From positions 3,584,001-3,648,000 of the forward strand of contig OZ245015.1 in NCBI GenBank assembly GCA_965223705.1: a DNA stretch of 64,000 bases. The letters run 5' to 3'. The notes below the pieces were generated by a model. It was not told the origin of the DNA and ran no database searches. It saw nothing but the letters and a program-made list of their open reading frames with translations. Source of the DNA: Myxococcota bacterium (GTDB lineage Bacteria > Myxococcota_A > UBA9160 > UBA6930). How positions within the stretch are numbered: position 1 is the stretch's first letter; each line of letters begins with the position of its first letter. Shown piece by piece: positions 9,562 through 19,931 of this stretch. The translations under genes and the position numbers were made by a program.

Positions 9562-10626
9562 CTAGCGAATTCCTGCGTCGCGCAACAACGGAATGACCTT
9601 GTGCGCAAAGTCTTCGGTGGATTCGAGATAGTCGAGGAAGCTCAGGAGCACGCCGTCGATGCCGGCTCGGTAGAGGTCGATGATGGCCTCCGCGATGGTC
9701 TCTCTCGTCCCAACGACGGGCAGCGACCCTCCACTGAGGCACAACATGTCCAACGTGTGGGCATCGAACGATTCGCTGTCCATCTGAACGCCGGCCATCC
9801 AGTTCTCGAGAGCTTCCGTGTCGGCGCCGTCCACAATTTTCTGCTTCGTGCCGTCCGCCTCGGCTTGCGTTTTGCCCAGGATCAAGAACAGGGCGGCCAC
9901 GCAGCGAACCTCTCGACCGGCTCTCGCCGCGCGGCGCTTGATATCGCCGATCATCTCACCGGCGAGATCGATCGATGGCGGGATCATGAAGGACCAATCG
10001 CAATGGTTGGCGACCAAGTTTCGTCCCGCATCGGAGGTGCCCGCGTTGATGATGGGCGGATGCGGCTGTGACTTCGGCATCGGCGAGATCCATCCGCGCC
10101 GGATCCGATACCACTCGGAGTCGAAATCGAACGTCCCGGGTTTTGCGGTCCACAACCCCTTGATCACCTTGATGAAATCCGTCGTTCGTTCGTAGCGTTT
10201 TTCGTGGCCCTCCATTTCCAGACCCATCATTTCGAACTCGGGCTGGTTCCAGCCGCTCACGACGTTCAACCCCCAACGCCCACCACTCATGTAGTCGAGG
10301 CCGGCGCCCACTTTTGCGACGAGGAACGGGTGGTAGACCGGGACGTGTACCGTTGAATACACGCCGATACGCTCCGTTCGTTGCAGCATGCTCGCCGCCC
10401 AGGTCAACGTCTCGATGTTGGTTCCCTGATAATTTGTTTTCCCGCCCACACCCCGCCAACGCGCCGATGGGAACAGAAAATCGAAGTTCTCAGCCTCGGC
10501 CAACTGTGCGATCCGAACGTTGTGCTCGAACTCCCACTCCTCGGGGTTGGGTTTGTACGTGCTGATGGACATGCTGTAGCGGCAATTCGGCATGAACAAG
10601 CCGATCTTGATGGGAGCTCGACGCAT
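9562..10626 (-). CDS. LLM-class flavin-dependent monooxygenase
   Basis: IGLFMPN, ARWRGVGG, SGGRWGLNVVSGW, NAGTSDAG; start moved to ATG 10626. Confidence 0.88.
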   Translation of the reverse strand: MRRAPIKIGLFMPNCRYSMSISTYKPNPEEWEFEHNVRIAQLAEAENFDFLFPSARWRGVGGKTNYQGTNIETLTWAASMLQRTERIGVYSTVHVPVYHPFLVAKVGAGLDYMSGGRWGLNVVSGWNQPEFEMMGLEMEGHEKRYERTTDFIKVIKGLWTAKPGTFDFDSEWYRIRRGWISPMPKSQPHPPIINAGTSDAGRNLVANHCDWSFMIPPSIDLAGEMIGDIKRRAARAGREVRCVAALFLILGKTQAEADGTKQKIVDGADTEALENWMAGVQMDSESFDAHTLDMLCLSGGSLPVVGTRETIAEAIIDLYRAGIDGVLLSFLDYLESTEDFAHKVIPLLRDAGIR

Positions 10627-10630
10627 CACG

Positions 10631-11995
10631 TCAGGATCGCGATCCGCGAAACGCGCCACGGTACGCCGCCGCGGGGTGGCTATCGGGGAGTCGGTCGTGC
10701 CCGAAGATCTTGCGCCGCAACGTGCCCGGGGTGTACGTCTCCTTGGCGAGGCCGCGTTTTCGAAGGACCGGCATGACGTGTTGTGCGAATTCCGTGTAGC
10801 TGCCGGGGATGGTCGCATTGATCACGTTGATTCCGTCGACTCCGGCCGCCTGCCACCGCGCGAGCTCATCGGCGATGCGCTCCGGCGTTCCGGTCACGCG
10901 GCTCGATTGACTGATCAGGATGGCGAGATCGCGAACCGTGGGCTCCCGGTCCCCGACGACGGCGCGAACGCCTGGCAAAACACTCTGGACACCCGCGGCG
11001 CTCCATTCGGTCAGTGGTTGATCGAGGGAGTGAGGCCCCGGGTCGACGCCCATCGCGCCTGTCAGATGAGCGATCAAGGCGCGGTAGTCGAGCGCTTCGT
11101 CGAGATCGCGCGCCCTTCTCGCGGCCTCCTCCTCGGTACTCCCGATGACAAAGGAAAGCCCCTGAAGAAACTTGAGGTCGTCGGGACGACGTCCGCATTG
11201 AACGACGAAACGCCGGGTTTTCTCGATCGACGAGGCCGCAAACTCAGGAGTCGGCGCGACGAGAAACTGCGCCTCCGCGTGCTCCGCCGCAAACCGCTTG
11301 CCCGCATCCGACGAGCCCGCTTGGAAGAGCAACGGCGTCCGCTGCGGAGAGGGCGCGACGAGATGCGGGCCTTCGACCGAATAGCGCTCGCCCTGGTGGT
11401 GGATCTTGTGGACTTTGTCGAAGTCGGCATGCACTCCGGTATCGCGGTCCTGCAGCATCGCGCCCTCGTCCCACGACCCTTCCCAGAGCTTGTAGGTGAC
11501 ATCGACGTACTCGCGCGCCCATTCATAGCGGGCGTCGTGCTCGGTCAGCTCTTGGCCGAAATTGCGCGCTCCGTTTCGTTGGAGGTTGGTGACGATGTTC
11601 CACGCGATCCGTCCCCGAGACGCGTGATCGAGCGTCGAGATCTTGCGCGCGAAGTTGAAGGGATGCTCTTGCAGGATGTTGCTCGTGAACGCCAGCCCCA
11701 AGTGCTCGGTGTTGTAGGCCAACGCGGACAGGATGACGGAAGGGTCGTTGCTCGGGATCTGAAGACCCGTCTCGACGTACACGCGATGAGACCCTTCAAA
11801 CTCTTCGTAGAGCCCGGCGACGTCGGCGAAGAAGATCATGTCGAACCGGTTTTCCTCGAGCGTAACCGCCAGATCGACCCAGAGATCGAGTGAGTTGAAT
11901 TCGACCTGGCGCGCGCCGGGCTGACGCCACAAGCCCTGCAAGATGTGGGATGCCGTGTCCATCACGAACGCGGAGAACATCAAAGGTCGGGTCAC
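10631..11995 (-). CDS. NtaA/DszA/SnaA family FMN-dependent monooxygenase
   Basis: FFADV, STLDHASRGRIAWNIVT, PSPQRTPLLFQAGSS, LRRKIFG. Confidence 0.9.
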   Translation of the reverse strand: MTRPLMFSAFVMDTASHILQGLWRQPGARQVEFNSLDLWVDLAVTLEENRFDMIFFADVAGLYEEFEGSHRVYVETGLQIPSNDPSVILSALAYNTEHLGLAFTSNILQEHPFNFARKISTLDHASRGRIAWNIVTNLQRNGARNFGQELTEHDARYEWAREYVDVTYKLWEGSWDEGAMLQDRDTGVHADFDKVHKIHHQGERYSVEGPHLVAPSPQRTPLLFQAGSSDAGKRFAAEHAEAQFLVAPTPEFAASSIEKTRRFVVQCGRRPDDLKFLQGLSFVIGSTEEEAARRARDLDEALDYRALIAHLTGAMGVDPGPHSLDQPLTEWSAAGVQSVLPGVRAVVGDREPTVRDLAILISQSSRVTGTPERIADELARWQAAGVDGINVINATIPGSYTEFAQHVMPVLRKRGLAKETYTPGTLRRKIFGHDRLPDSHPAAAYRGAFRGSRS

Positions 11996-12117
11996 GGGAA
12001 CCTCCGGTGGTCGCTCGGACGCCCGGTGAACCTAGCAGCGACACCACGCCAGGGGTGATGAAGCCCAGTGGACACCTGTCGTACACTTGACGGGTACGCA
12101 GAAACGGGGTTTTCCGC

Positions 12118-14193
12118 ATGGCCTGGCGCATCGGAGTCGACACCGGCGGTACGTTCACCGACGTGGTCGCCGTCAACGAATCAACCGGGCAGCGCTTCGT
12201 GTGGAAGACATCTTCGACACCGGACGACCCCTCGCGCGCGTTCAGCAACGGCATCGGCGAGCTGCTCAAGGAAGTGGGTGTGGATGGCGGTGAGGTCAGC
12301 TTCATCAGCCACGGCACAACGGTCGCCACGAACGCCATCCTGGAATCGAAGTACGCCCGCCTCGGCCTGCTGGTGACGCGCGGCTACCGTGAGATGCTCG
12401 AAGTCGGGCGCCAGACCGTGCCGGGCGACTTTGGTGACATCACCTGGTGGATCAAACCGCCCCGCGTCGTGCCGCTCGAATGGGTACGCGAGGTCGGCGG
12501 CCGCTTCGATTTCCGCGGTCACGAGCACACGCCGCTCGACGAGGATGGCGTGCGCGCGGCGGCGCGGGAGTTTCGCGCCATGGGCATCGATGCGGTGGCG
12601 GTGTCGTTCATTCATTCCTATCGCAACCCCGCGCACGAACGCCGCGCGCGCGAGCTGATCCAAGCGGAGCATCCCGACTGCTTCGTGTCGATCTCCTCGG
12701 ACGTGATCCGTGAGTACCGCGAGTACGAACGCACCCTGAGCACGTGCCTCAATACCGGTCTCATGCCACTGGTGACGACCTACATCGACAGTCTGAGCCA
12801 GCGCCTCGACGGCGTGGGCGTCGACGCGCGTCTGTTCGTCATGAAATCGAGCGGAGGCATCATCCGCGCCGCCGATATCGCGCCCCAGCCGATCGCGGCG
12901 GTGCTGTCGGGACCGGCGGCGGGAATCGTGACCGCCAGCTACTACGGCAAGGCGGCCGGCCACCCGGATCTGATCACCATCGATATCGGCGGCACCTCGA
13001 CCGATATCTGCCTCATCGACCAGGGCGTGCCGAACATGCTCACCGAGGGCCGCATCGACGTCTACAACATCAAGACGCCGATGATCGACATGCACACCGT
13101 GGGCGCCGGCGGCGGCTCGATCGCCTGGCTCGCGGCCGGGCGCAGTCTGCGCGTCGGCCCGCGGAGCGCCGGCGCGGAACCGGGCCCCGTGTGCTACGGG
13201 CGCGGCGGAACCGAGCCGACGCTGACCGATGCACACATCGCGTTGGGGCGCGTATCGCCCTACCTGCTCGGTGGCGCCATTCAGCTCGACGCCACCGCGG
13301 CGCGCCGCGCCATCGACGAACACATCGCCGGGCCGCTCGGGATGAGCGTGGAGGAAGCCGCACTCGGCATCCTCGATCTCGCGACAACCAACATCGCGCA
13401 AGGGATCAACGTCGTATCGGTGAAACGCGGGCGCGATCCGCGTCACTACGCGCTGATGGCCTTCGGCGGCGCCGGCGGCCTCAACGCCTGTCTCGTGGCC
13501 GACGCGCTGGGCATTCGCACCATCGTGCTGCCGCCTTCACCGGGCGTGACCTCGGCCGAGGGTCTGCTCGCGACCGACGTGCGCGCCGACCGAGTCGTCA
13601 CCGACGTGCAACGCGAGGACGAGCTCGACGTCGCGCGCCTGTCGGCCGAGTTCTCGAGCGTCTACCGCGAGGTGCGCGAGGACCTCGAGCGTGAGGATTT
13701 CGGCGCGGACGAAATCGCCATCAGCGCCTTCGCCGACATGCGGTACGTGGGCCAGGCTTACGAGGTACGCGTACCGGCGACCATCCTCGACGGGACGCTC
13801 AGCGAGACCGCCATCCGCCAGGCGATCAAGGCCTTCCACCGCGCCCACGACGATCGCTTCGGCTACGAGTACGAAGGCAAACACCCGGTGGAAATCGTCA
13901 ACATCGGCGCCACCGGGTTCGGCATGTTCCCCCGACTCCGACTGGCACCGGCCGCGGGCGACGACCGGAGCTGGGAAGCGGCGCGTCGTGAGGTCCGCCG
14001 CGGCGTGTTCCGCGGCCTCGGCGAGGTCGACCTCGCCGTCTATGATCGCGACCAGGCGCCGCTCGACACCCCGCTCGACGGCCCCGCCGTGATCGAGCAA
14101 TACGACGCGACGTTCGTGCTCGACCCGGGCTGGCGTGCGGTGCTCGACGACAACGGACAAATCATCGTTTCTCAGCAGGGAACGGAGGTCTAG
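12118..14193 (+). CDS. Hydantoinase/oxoprolinase A subunit
   Basis: GVDTGGTFTD, HGTTVATNA, SGPAAG, DIGGTSTD, GAGGGSI. Confidence 0.93.
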   Translation: MAWRIGVDTGGTFTDVVAVNESTGQRFVWKTSSTPDDPSRAFSNGIGELLKEVGVDGGEVSFISHGTTVATNAILESKYARLGLLVTRGYREMLEVGRQTVPGDFGDITWWIKPPRVVPLEWVREVGGRFDFRGHEHTPLDEDGVRAAAREFRAMGIDAVAVSFIHSYRNPAHERRARELIQAEHPDCFVSISSDVIREYREYERTLSTCLNTGLMPLVTTYIDSLSQRLDGVGVDARLFVMKSSGGIIRAADIAPQPIAAVLSGPAAGIVTASYYGKAAGHPDLITIDIGGTSTDICLIDQGVPNMLTEGRIDVYNIKTPMIDMHTVGAGGGSIAWLAAGRSLRVGPRSAGAEPGPVCYGRGGTEPTLTDAHIALGRVSPYLLGGAIQLDATAARRAIDEHIAGPLGMSVEEAALGILDLATTNIAQGINVVSVKRGRDPRHYALMAFGGAGGLNACLVADALGIRTIVLPPSPGVTSAEGLLATDVRADRVVTDVQREDELDVARLSAEFSSVYREVREDLEREDFGADEIAISAFADMRYVGQAYEVRVPATILDGTLSETAIRQAIKAFHRAHDDRFGYEYEGKHPVEIVNIGATGFGMFPRLRLAPAAGDDRSWEAARREVRRGVFRGLGEVDLAVYDRDQAPLDTPLDGPAVIEQYDATFVLDPGWRAVLDDNGQIIVSQQGTEV

Positions 14194-14196
14194 AAC

Positions 14197-16197
14197 ATGT
14201 CAGCCACCCTCGACTCCCGCGGCACCGCGCCGATCATCTTCGATGAAACGCCCTATCTCACCGATGCGTACGCGCCGCGACGCAAGGCCAGCTTCAGCCG
14301 CGAGGACGCTGACTGGCCGCGCATCGAAAAGCGGAAAGCCGACATTGACAGCGTCACCCTGGACGTCCTCGAATGGGCGCTCGAAGCGGCCATCGACGAG
14401 GGCGAGGCGGCGGTCGAGCGCACGGCGGTGTCGACCATCGTGCGCGAACAGCACGACTACCGCGCCTCGCTCAACACCGTGGACTGCAACAGCGTCACGC
14501 GTGTCTCGTGGGCGGCGACTGCCGATCCGATCCGCAACTACTACACGCTCGACGAGATCCACGATGGCGACGTGTTTCTCTACAACGATATCCACGAGTC
14601 GAGTGGCACCATCGGCCACCTACCGGATTTCTGCGTGGTCGTACCCATCTTCTCCGACGGTCGACTGATCGGCTTCGCGCAGCTCTTCGGCCACTGCAAC
14701 GACGTCGGCGGCAAGGTCGCAGGCTCCTGGCCGCTGACCGCGACCACGGTCTTCGAGGAAGGCATCCAGGTGCCGCCGATCAAATTCTATTCGCGCGGCG
14801 AACGGAACGACGAGGCCTGGAAGATCATCCTGCGCAACAGCCGCTACCCCGACGATCTGCGCGGCGACATCGACGCCTTCGTCGGCGCTACGCGCATCAT
14901 CGAGCGGCGGGTCAAGGAGCTGTGCGCGCGCTACGGCACCGACACCGTCGAGGCCGGTTTCTACCGCATCATCGATCGCTGCACCGAGATCGTGCGCGAC
15001 GAAGCGCTGCCGCACATACCCAACGGCGAGTACGTGGGCGAGGACTTCCTCGAAACCGACGGCATCGACCTCGAGCAACCGGTGAAGATCAAGCTCACCG
15101 TACGCAAGGATCCCGAAAAACTCGTCGTCGATTTCGCCGGTACGGATGCGCAGACCGCCGGGCCGGTCAACTGGGTCATGGATGGCCGCCACTACTCCAA
15201 ATGGCTGGGCGGCTTCGTCAAGGCACAGGTGCCGGGGATGATCGTGAATGAGGGCCTGACCGAGGTCTTCAAGACCTACCTGCCACCGCGCACCGTGTTG
15301 TCTGCGGACTACCCGGCGGCGGGTGCCGATCGCATGGACTGCATGCTGCGCATGATCGGGGCCTACATGGCGGCCATGGCCAAAGCCACCAACGGCCAGA
15401 TGGTGGGCGACTCGCAGTGCATTCAACTCTACGGCTTCTACGGCCAGGATCTGGACGGCAAGGACTTTCTCTATCGTGAGATCTTCGGTGCCGGCTCGGG
15501 CGCGCGCCCGTTCGCCGACGGCACCGACACCGTCGACCTCGTTCCCGAATCAAAGAACCTACCGAGCGAGTTCATCGAGCAGCGTTTCCCCGTCATCGTG
15601 CACCGGGTCGGAATGTTCCAGGACTCCGGCGGCCCCGGCGCCTACCGCGGCGGCCTGGGTTACCTGAAAGACGTCGAGATCCTAGTCGACGGCCATTTTC
15701 TCACGGTCTCCTACCGCACCATCTTTTCCTGTTTCGGCGTCAACGGCGGTCAGGCCGGACGCTCGGGCGGTGCCATCATCAATCCCGACACGCCGCACGA
15801 AGAGCACGTGTTGTTCAAGCGCGAAGCGGTGCCGGTCAAGGCCGGCGACATCGTGCGCATCCTCACGCCAGGTGGCGGCGGCTGGGGCGACCCCTTGGCG
15901 CGTGTCCCCGAATGGGTGCGCATGGACGTGGTCCGCGGCATCGTGTCGGTCGATGGCGCGCGGGAAGACTATGGCGTCGTGATGAACGCGAACGGCGATC
16001 CGCGGCGGGTGTGGGACATCGACGCCGACGCCACCGAAGCGCTGCGCGCCGAACGCCGTGCAGCCCGCGGACCACTCAAGATGATCAACCGCGGCGACCA
16101 CGCCGAAAAGCTCATCCGCGAAGGGCGAATCGAGGTCAGTGACTTCGACTACCCGGCGGCCTTCGACGAGGCGGCTTACCTGGCGGCGGCAGGCTAA
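14197..16197 (+). CDS. Hydantoinase B/oxoprolinase family subunit
   Basis: GHLPD, EEGIQVPP, DSGGPGAYRGG, TPGGGGWGDP. Confidence 0.92.
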   Translation: MSATLDSRGTAPIIFDETPYLTDAYAPRRKASFSREDADWPRIEKRKADIDSVTLDVLEWALEAAIDEGEAAVERTAVSTIVREQHDYRASLNTVDCNSVTRVSWAATADPIRNYYTLDEIHDGDVFLYNDIHESSGTIGHLPDFCVVVPIFSDGRLIGFAQLFGHCNDVGGKVAGSWPLTATTVFEEGIQVPPIKFYSRGERNDEAWKIILRNSRYPDDLRGDIDAFVGATRIIERRVKELCARYGTDTVEAGFYRIIDRCTEIVRDEALPHIPNGEYVGEDFLETDGIDLEQPVKIKLTVRKDPEKLVVDFAGTDAQTAGPVNWVMDGRHYSKWLGGFVKAQVPGMIVNEGLTEVFKTYLPPRTVLSADYPAAGADRMDCMLRMIGAYMAAMAKATNGQMVGDSQCIQLYGFYGQDLDGKDFLYREIFGAGSGARPFADGTDTVDLVPESKNLPSEFIEQRFPVIVHRVGMFQDSGGPGAYRGGLGYLKDVEILVDGHFLTVSYRTIFSCFGVNGGQAGRSGGAIINPDTPHEEHVLFKREAVPVKAGDIVRILTPGGGGWGDPLARVPEWVRMDVVRGIVSVDGAREDYGVVMNANGDPRRVWDIDADATEALRAERRAARGPLKMINRGDHAEKLIREGRIEVSDFDYPAAFDEAAYLAAAG

Positions 16198-16470
16198 GCA
16201 GTCGCCGCGACCGACCACGAAAGGTGGCCTGCGCCTCTCGATTGCCGACATAAGCGAGACGATCGAGATCGGCGAGATCATAGACGCCGAGTCACAAGTA
16301 GATGGGCAACGTGTGCGCGCGGGCGAGCACGTTGACCCAGTCAATTTGCAGAACACCGACTTGATCGACGAGCCGACGCACTTCGGTGCGAGCGCTCCTG
16401 CTGCGCTCTGCGCCATGATGCACGCACTGCGCTTTGATGGCAATGCGTCGCGCTTCACGAAGGGATAGTG
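16195..16470 (-). pseudogene. YcaQ/AlkZ-like winged-helix DNA glycosylase remnant
   Basis: TLSLREARRIAIKAQ...VLQIDWVNVLARAHTLPIYL*LGVYDLADLDR has the QxD motif, an in-frame TGA at 16292-16294, and is truncated. Confidence 0.7.
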
Positions 16471-16576
16471 TGTCGGTCGAGCACCTGGAGCCCGTCAATG
16501 CCGCTTTGTAGCGCGGATCGTCAGGCGATGATGATGAAATATCCGCGGATCGGTCGAGCGAGCGCGGGCACTTAGC

Positions 16577-17302
16577 GTGCCGCGCTGCAACCGAGTCGAC
16601 CCGTGGGGAGATCTGCACGCGGCATCTGGACGTGGCCTATTCACCGGCAACCGCGGTTGCGTCGTCGACGACCGCGAACGAGTGGTGCGACACCACGGCT
16701 CGTCGCTTTGGATCACCTGCAAGACCGAGTTTCGCGGCTGGCGCTGGCCCCTGGCGAGACCAAAGCGCTGGACGCCGATCTTCTTTTTGGATGAGGCGGT
16801 CGCACTAGCCGCCGGGCACCGGCCCTGCGCGTCTTGTCGACGTGACGAATACAACACCTACCGGGACGCAATCGCCCGAACGCTGGGCGTGTCGGAGCGC
16901 CTCCTCGCAACCCACTTGAACGCCCGTCTATCTGCTGAGCGGTTGCGGCGGGGCCGCGGGTTCCACCGGGCAAGCGATCGCTTTCTGTGGCAGACCCCAT
17001 TCGCCGATCTCCCCGACGGAGCCGTCGTCGTAGACCACCTCGGCGCCGCGCGATTGAAGAAGGAACAGCGACTGCTTCGCTTCTCTTTCGATGGTTGGAA
17101 CGACCCCGTACCGTTCGTCAACAAGAGCGTCGCGACCGTTCTCACCCCGCCCACGTCGGTTGCGGCGCTACAAGGCGGGTACGTCCCCACACTGCACTCG
17201 ACTGCTCTAGGTGACGGGCCGGCAGCTCGCGGTCCCTACGCGGAGCGCGGTCTCGCGTCAGCTACCCTCCCGTCTACTCAGTCACGAGGATCCACGCGAT
17301 GA
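16577..17302 (+). CDS. Conserved hypothetical protein with Ada-like Cys motif
   Basis: NRVDPWG, GNRG, WITC, FFLDEAVALAAGHRPCASCRR. Confidence 0.75.
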   Translation: MPRCNRVDPWGDLHAASGRGLFTGNRGCVVDDRERVVRHHGSSLWITCKTEFRGWRWPLARPKRWTPIFFLDEAVALAAGHRPCASCRRDEYNTYRDAIARTLGVSERLLATHLNARLSAERLRRGRGFHRASDRFLWQTPFADLPDGAVVVDHLGAARLKKEQRLLRFSFDGWNDPVPFVNKSVATVLTPPTSVAALQGGYVPTLHSTALGDGPAARGPYAERGLASATLPSTQSRGSTR

Positions 17303-18825
17303 CCCGACCGCACTCCGAACAGGACGCAGCGACCTCCAGCACGCGAGCCCCCGAGCGCTGCGCCGTCTGCATCGTCGGCGGTGGCGTCGCGGGGCTGAAC
17401 GCGCTGTTCTCGGCGAGCGTCCATCTCAGCAAGAGCGACCGTGTGGTGTTGATCGAGGGCAATCCGCGGGTCGGGGGCATGTGGACCGAGACCTACGACT
17501 ATGTGAGGCTCCACCAGCCCCACCCGATGTTCACCGCGGGCAACATCCCTTGGACCCTCGGCCGCGAGCCGGCCCACCTGGCGAGCAAAGCCGAGGTGTT
17601 GGGGCACCTGCAGCACTGCCTTGACGTACTCCGCGAGCGTGTGGATCTCGTCGAGCTGTACGGTCACCACTACGTCGATCACGACGAAAGTGCGGGCGCT
17701 TCCGGGACCCTCGTCCGTGTACGCTGCACCGACGCCGCCGGTGCCACCCTCGACGTCCACGCCGATCGGCTGATCAAGGCGATCGGCTATGACATCGAGC
17801 AAAACGACCCCCTGCCGGTCTCGAGTGAGCGGGTGCACTCGCTGGCGCCCCACGACCCCGCCCTGTTCGGACCGGAGCTGGCCGAAAGCGATGCGCCGAT
17901 TGTCGTCGTGGGCGGTGGAAAAACCGGAATGGATACGGTCTACGACCTTGTCCAACGTCTGCCCGGGCGCGCGGTGCACCTGCTGGCCGGAGGGGGAACG
18001 GTCTTCTCCGATCGCGACCGAAACTTCCCGGCTGGAGCGCGGCGCTATCTGGGCGGCCACACGGGGTTCCGGATCTTTCGCGATTTGGCGCTGCATTTCG
18101 ACGGCGACAACGAGCTGGAGGCCACCGACTGGTTCCGCCGAACCCACGGCCTCTCTCTGAACGATCAATGCAAGCAGTTCATGTTCGGTGTGCTCTCGCA
18201 GCACGAGAACGACATCATCAAGAAGGGCCTCGCCGGGCTCCACATGGAGTACTTCGCCGACGCAATCGACGAAGGCCCCGATGTGCGCCTCCAGTTCCGC
18301 AGCGGCGAGTCGCTCGTCATTCCGTCCGGTAGCTGGATCGTGAACACCAGCGGCCACCTCGCGCAGCAGCCGCGGCCCTACGAGCCGTACTTGTCCGATG
18401 ACGGTGCGGTTCTCTCGATCCAACCCACGTCCGCCGTGCACTTCCTGACGACCATGGCGTCCTACTTCCTGACACACCACTTCATGCTCGGATCGCTCGA
18501 GACGCTCCCCCTCTACGAACTCAACCAGCAGGACCTCGCGTTCAAGAACAAACGCGCCTGGGCTCCGACCTGCGCAACCCAAGCGTTCTACAACACCATT
18601 CTCATCGCACTGAACAGCCCGCCCGAAGTGCTCCGAGATTTCGGACTCAACTTCGACCTCTGGTTCCCGGCGTACCGGCGCTTGTACGACTTCGCCGTAC
18701 TCAAGCGCAATGCCGCCCGCTACAGCGCCCACTGTCGCGCCACCCTCGACCGGGTCGGTGAGCGATACGGCATCGAGAGCGGCGTCCTGCGCCGCCCGGG
18801 CCGCGACCGCGCCTCGGCCGCCTAG
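17299..18825 (+). CDS. FAD/NAD(P)-binding oxidoreductase
   Basis: GGGVAG, GGMWTETYDYVRLHQP, GGGKTGMD; ATGA overlap with the upstream gene. Confidence 0.8.
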   Translation: MTRPHSEQDAATSSTRAPERCAVCIVGGGVAGLNALFSASVHLSKSDRVVLIEGNPRVGGMWTETYDYVRLHQPHPMFTAGNIPWTLGREPAHLASKAEVLGHLQHCLDVLRERVDLVELYGHHYVDHDESAGASGTLVRVRCTDAAGATLDVHADRLIKAIGYDIEQNDPLPVSSERVHSLAPHDPALFGPELAESDAPIVVVGGGKTGMDTVYDLVQRLPGRAVHLLAGGGTVFSDRDRNFPAGARRYLGGHTGFRIFRDLALHFDGDNELEATDWFRRTHGLSLNDQCKQFMFGVLSQHENDIIKKGLAGLHMEYFADAIDEGPDVRLQFRSGESLVIPSGSWIVNTSGHLAQQPRPYEPYLSDDGAVLSIQPTSAVHFLTTMASYFLTHHFMLGSLETLPLYELNQQDLAFKNKRAWAPTCATQAFYNTILIALNSPPEVLRDFGLNFDLWFPAYRRLYDFAVLKRNAARYSAHCRATLDRVGERYGIESGVLRRPGRDRASAA

Positions 18826-18890
18826 GCGCCCGGGCTTCTGGGATCCGTTAGCATCGAAGCGTCTTCAGCCTCGCCGGGAGGTCAACGTCG

Positions 18891-19931
18891 ATGCGCGCGG
18901 CCGTTTTTCACAGTCCGGGAGCCCCACTCACGATCGAGCAGGTCCCCGATCCCAAGGTTTCGACAGGCGACCTCGTCATCGCGGTGCGTCGCTGCGGCGT
19001 CTGTGGATCGGACTTGCACATGGCCGACATGCAAGGCCCGGATACCGGCATGGCGCCACTCCCGCCCGGAACGGTGATGGGCCATGAGTTTTCCGGTGAG
19101 GTGGTCGAGGTCGGCCGCGAGGCCGGTGACTTCAAAGTCGGTGATCGCGTCACCGCGATGCCCTACATCGCCTGCGGTCGGTGTGAGCCGTGCCTGTCGG
19201 GTTACGGTTATCGCTGTGCCAAGGCGTGCTACACCGCGCTCGGCGCGGAACCCGGTGCCTATGCCGAGTACATGCGCGTGGGTGCGGCCGAGACCTTGCG
19301 CCTGCCGGACGGTGTGGACGATGCCCTCGGCGCTTTCGTCGAGCCGCTCGCGGTGGGGCTGCACGGAGTCAGCGCGGCAGGACTTGCCCCAGGTGAGAGC
19401 GTCCTCATTATGGGCGCCGGACCCGTAGGACTCGCTTGCGTCGCCTGGGCGCGCCACTTCGGTGCGCGCGAGGTCATCGTCGCCGAGTTTTCCGCCGAGC
19501 GCCGCGCCGTGGCGGAGCAGCTCGGTGCTACGGCAACGGTCGATCCCCGTAGCGAACACGTACCCCGCGCCTGCAAGCGCCACGCCGGACGAAGGCCAGA
19601 GGTCGTCATCGAGTGCGTCGGTGTCCCCGGCACCCAGCAGCTCGCCATGGACTATGCGCCCATGGACGGACGCATCGTCGTACTCGGCGTATGCATGGCG
19701 CCGGATCGGATCCAGCCCGTCAAGGCCGTGACCAAGGAACTTCGCGTCAACTACGCCTACATGTATACCCGTCAGGAGTTCGAGCTGACGGTCGACGCCT
19801 TGAACCGCGAACACATCAATCCCGCCCCGATGTTGACGCGGACGGTCGGGTTCGAGTCGTTCGCCGACGCCTTCCAAGGCCTCAAGACCGACAAGACGGC
19901 CTGCAAGGTCATGCTGGATCCCGCTGCCTAA
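18891..19931 (+). CDS. Zn-dependent alcohol dehydrogenase (MDR family)
   Basis: CGSDLH, GHEFSG, CxxCxxCx7C, GAGPVG. Confidence 0.92.
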   Translation: MRAAVFHSPGAPLTIEQVPDPKVSTGDLVIAVRRCGVCGSDLHMADMQGPDTGMAPLPPGTVMGHEFSGEVVEVGREAGDFKVGDRVTAMPYIACGRCEPCLSGYGYRCAKACYTALGAEPGAYAEYMRVGAAETLRLPDGVDDALGAFVEPLAVGLHGVSAAGLAPGESVLIMGAGPVGLACVAWARHFGAREVIVAEFSAERRAVAEQLGATATVDPRSEHVPRACKRHAGRRPEVVIECVGVPGTQQLAMDYAPMDGRIVVLGVCMAPDRIQPVKAVTKELRVNYAYMYTRQEFELTVDALNREHINPAPMLTRTVGFESFADAFQGLKTDKTACKVMLDPAA

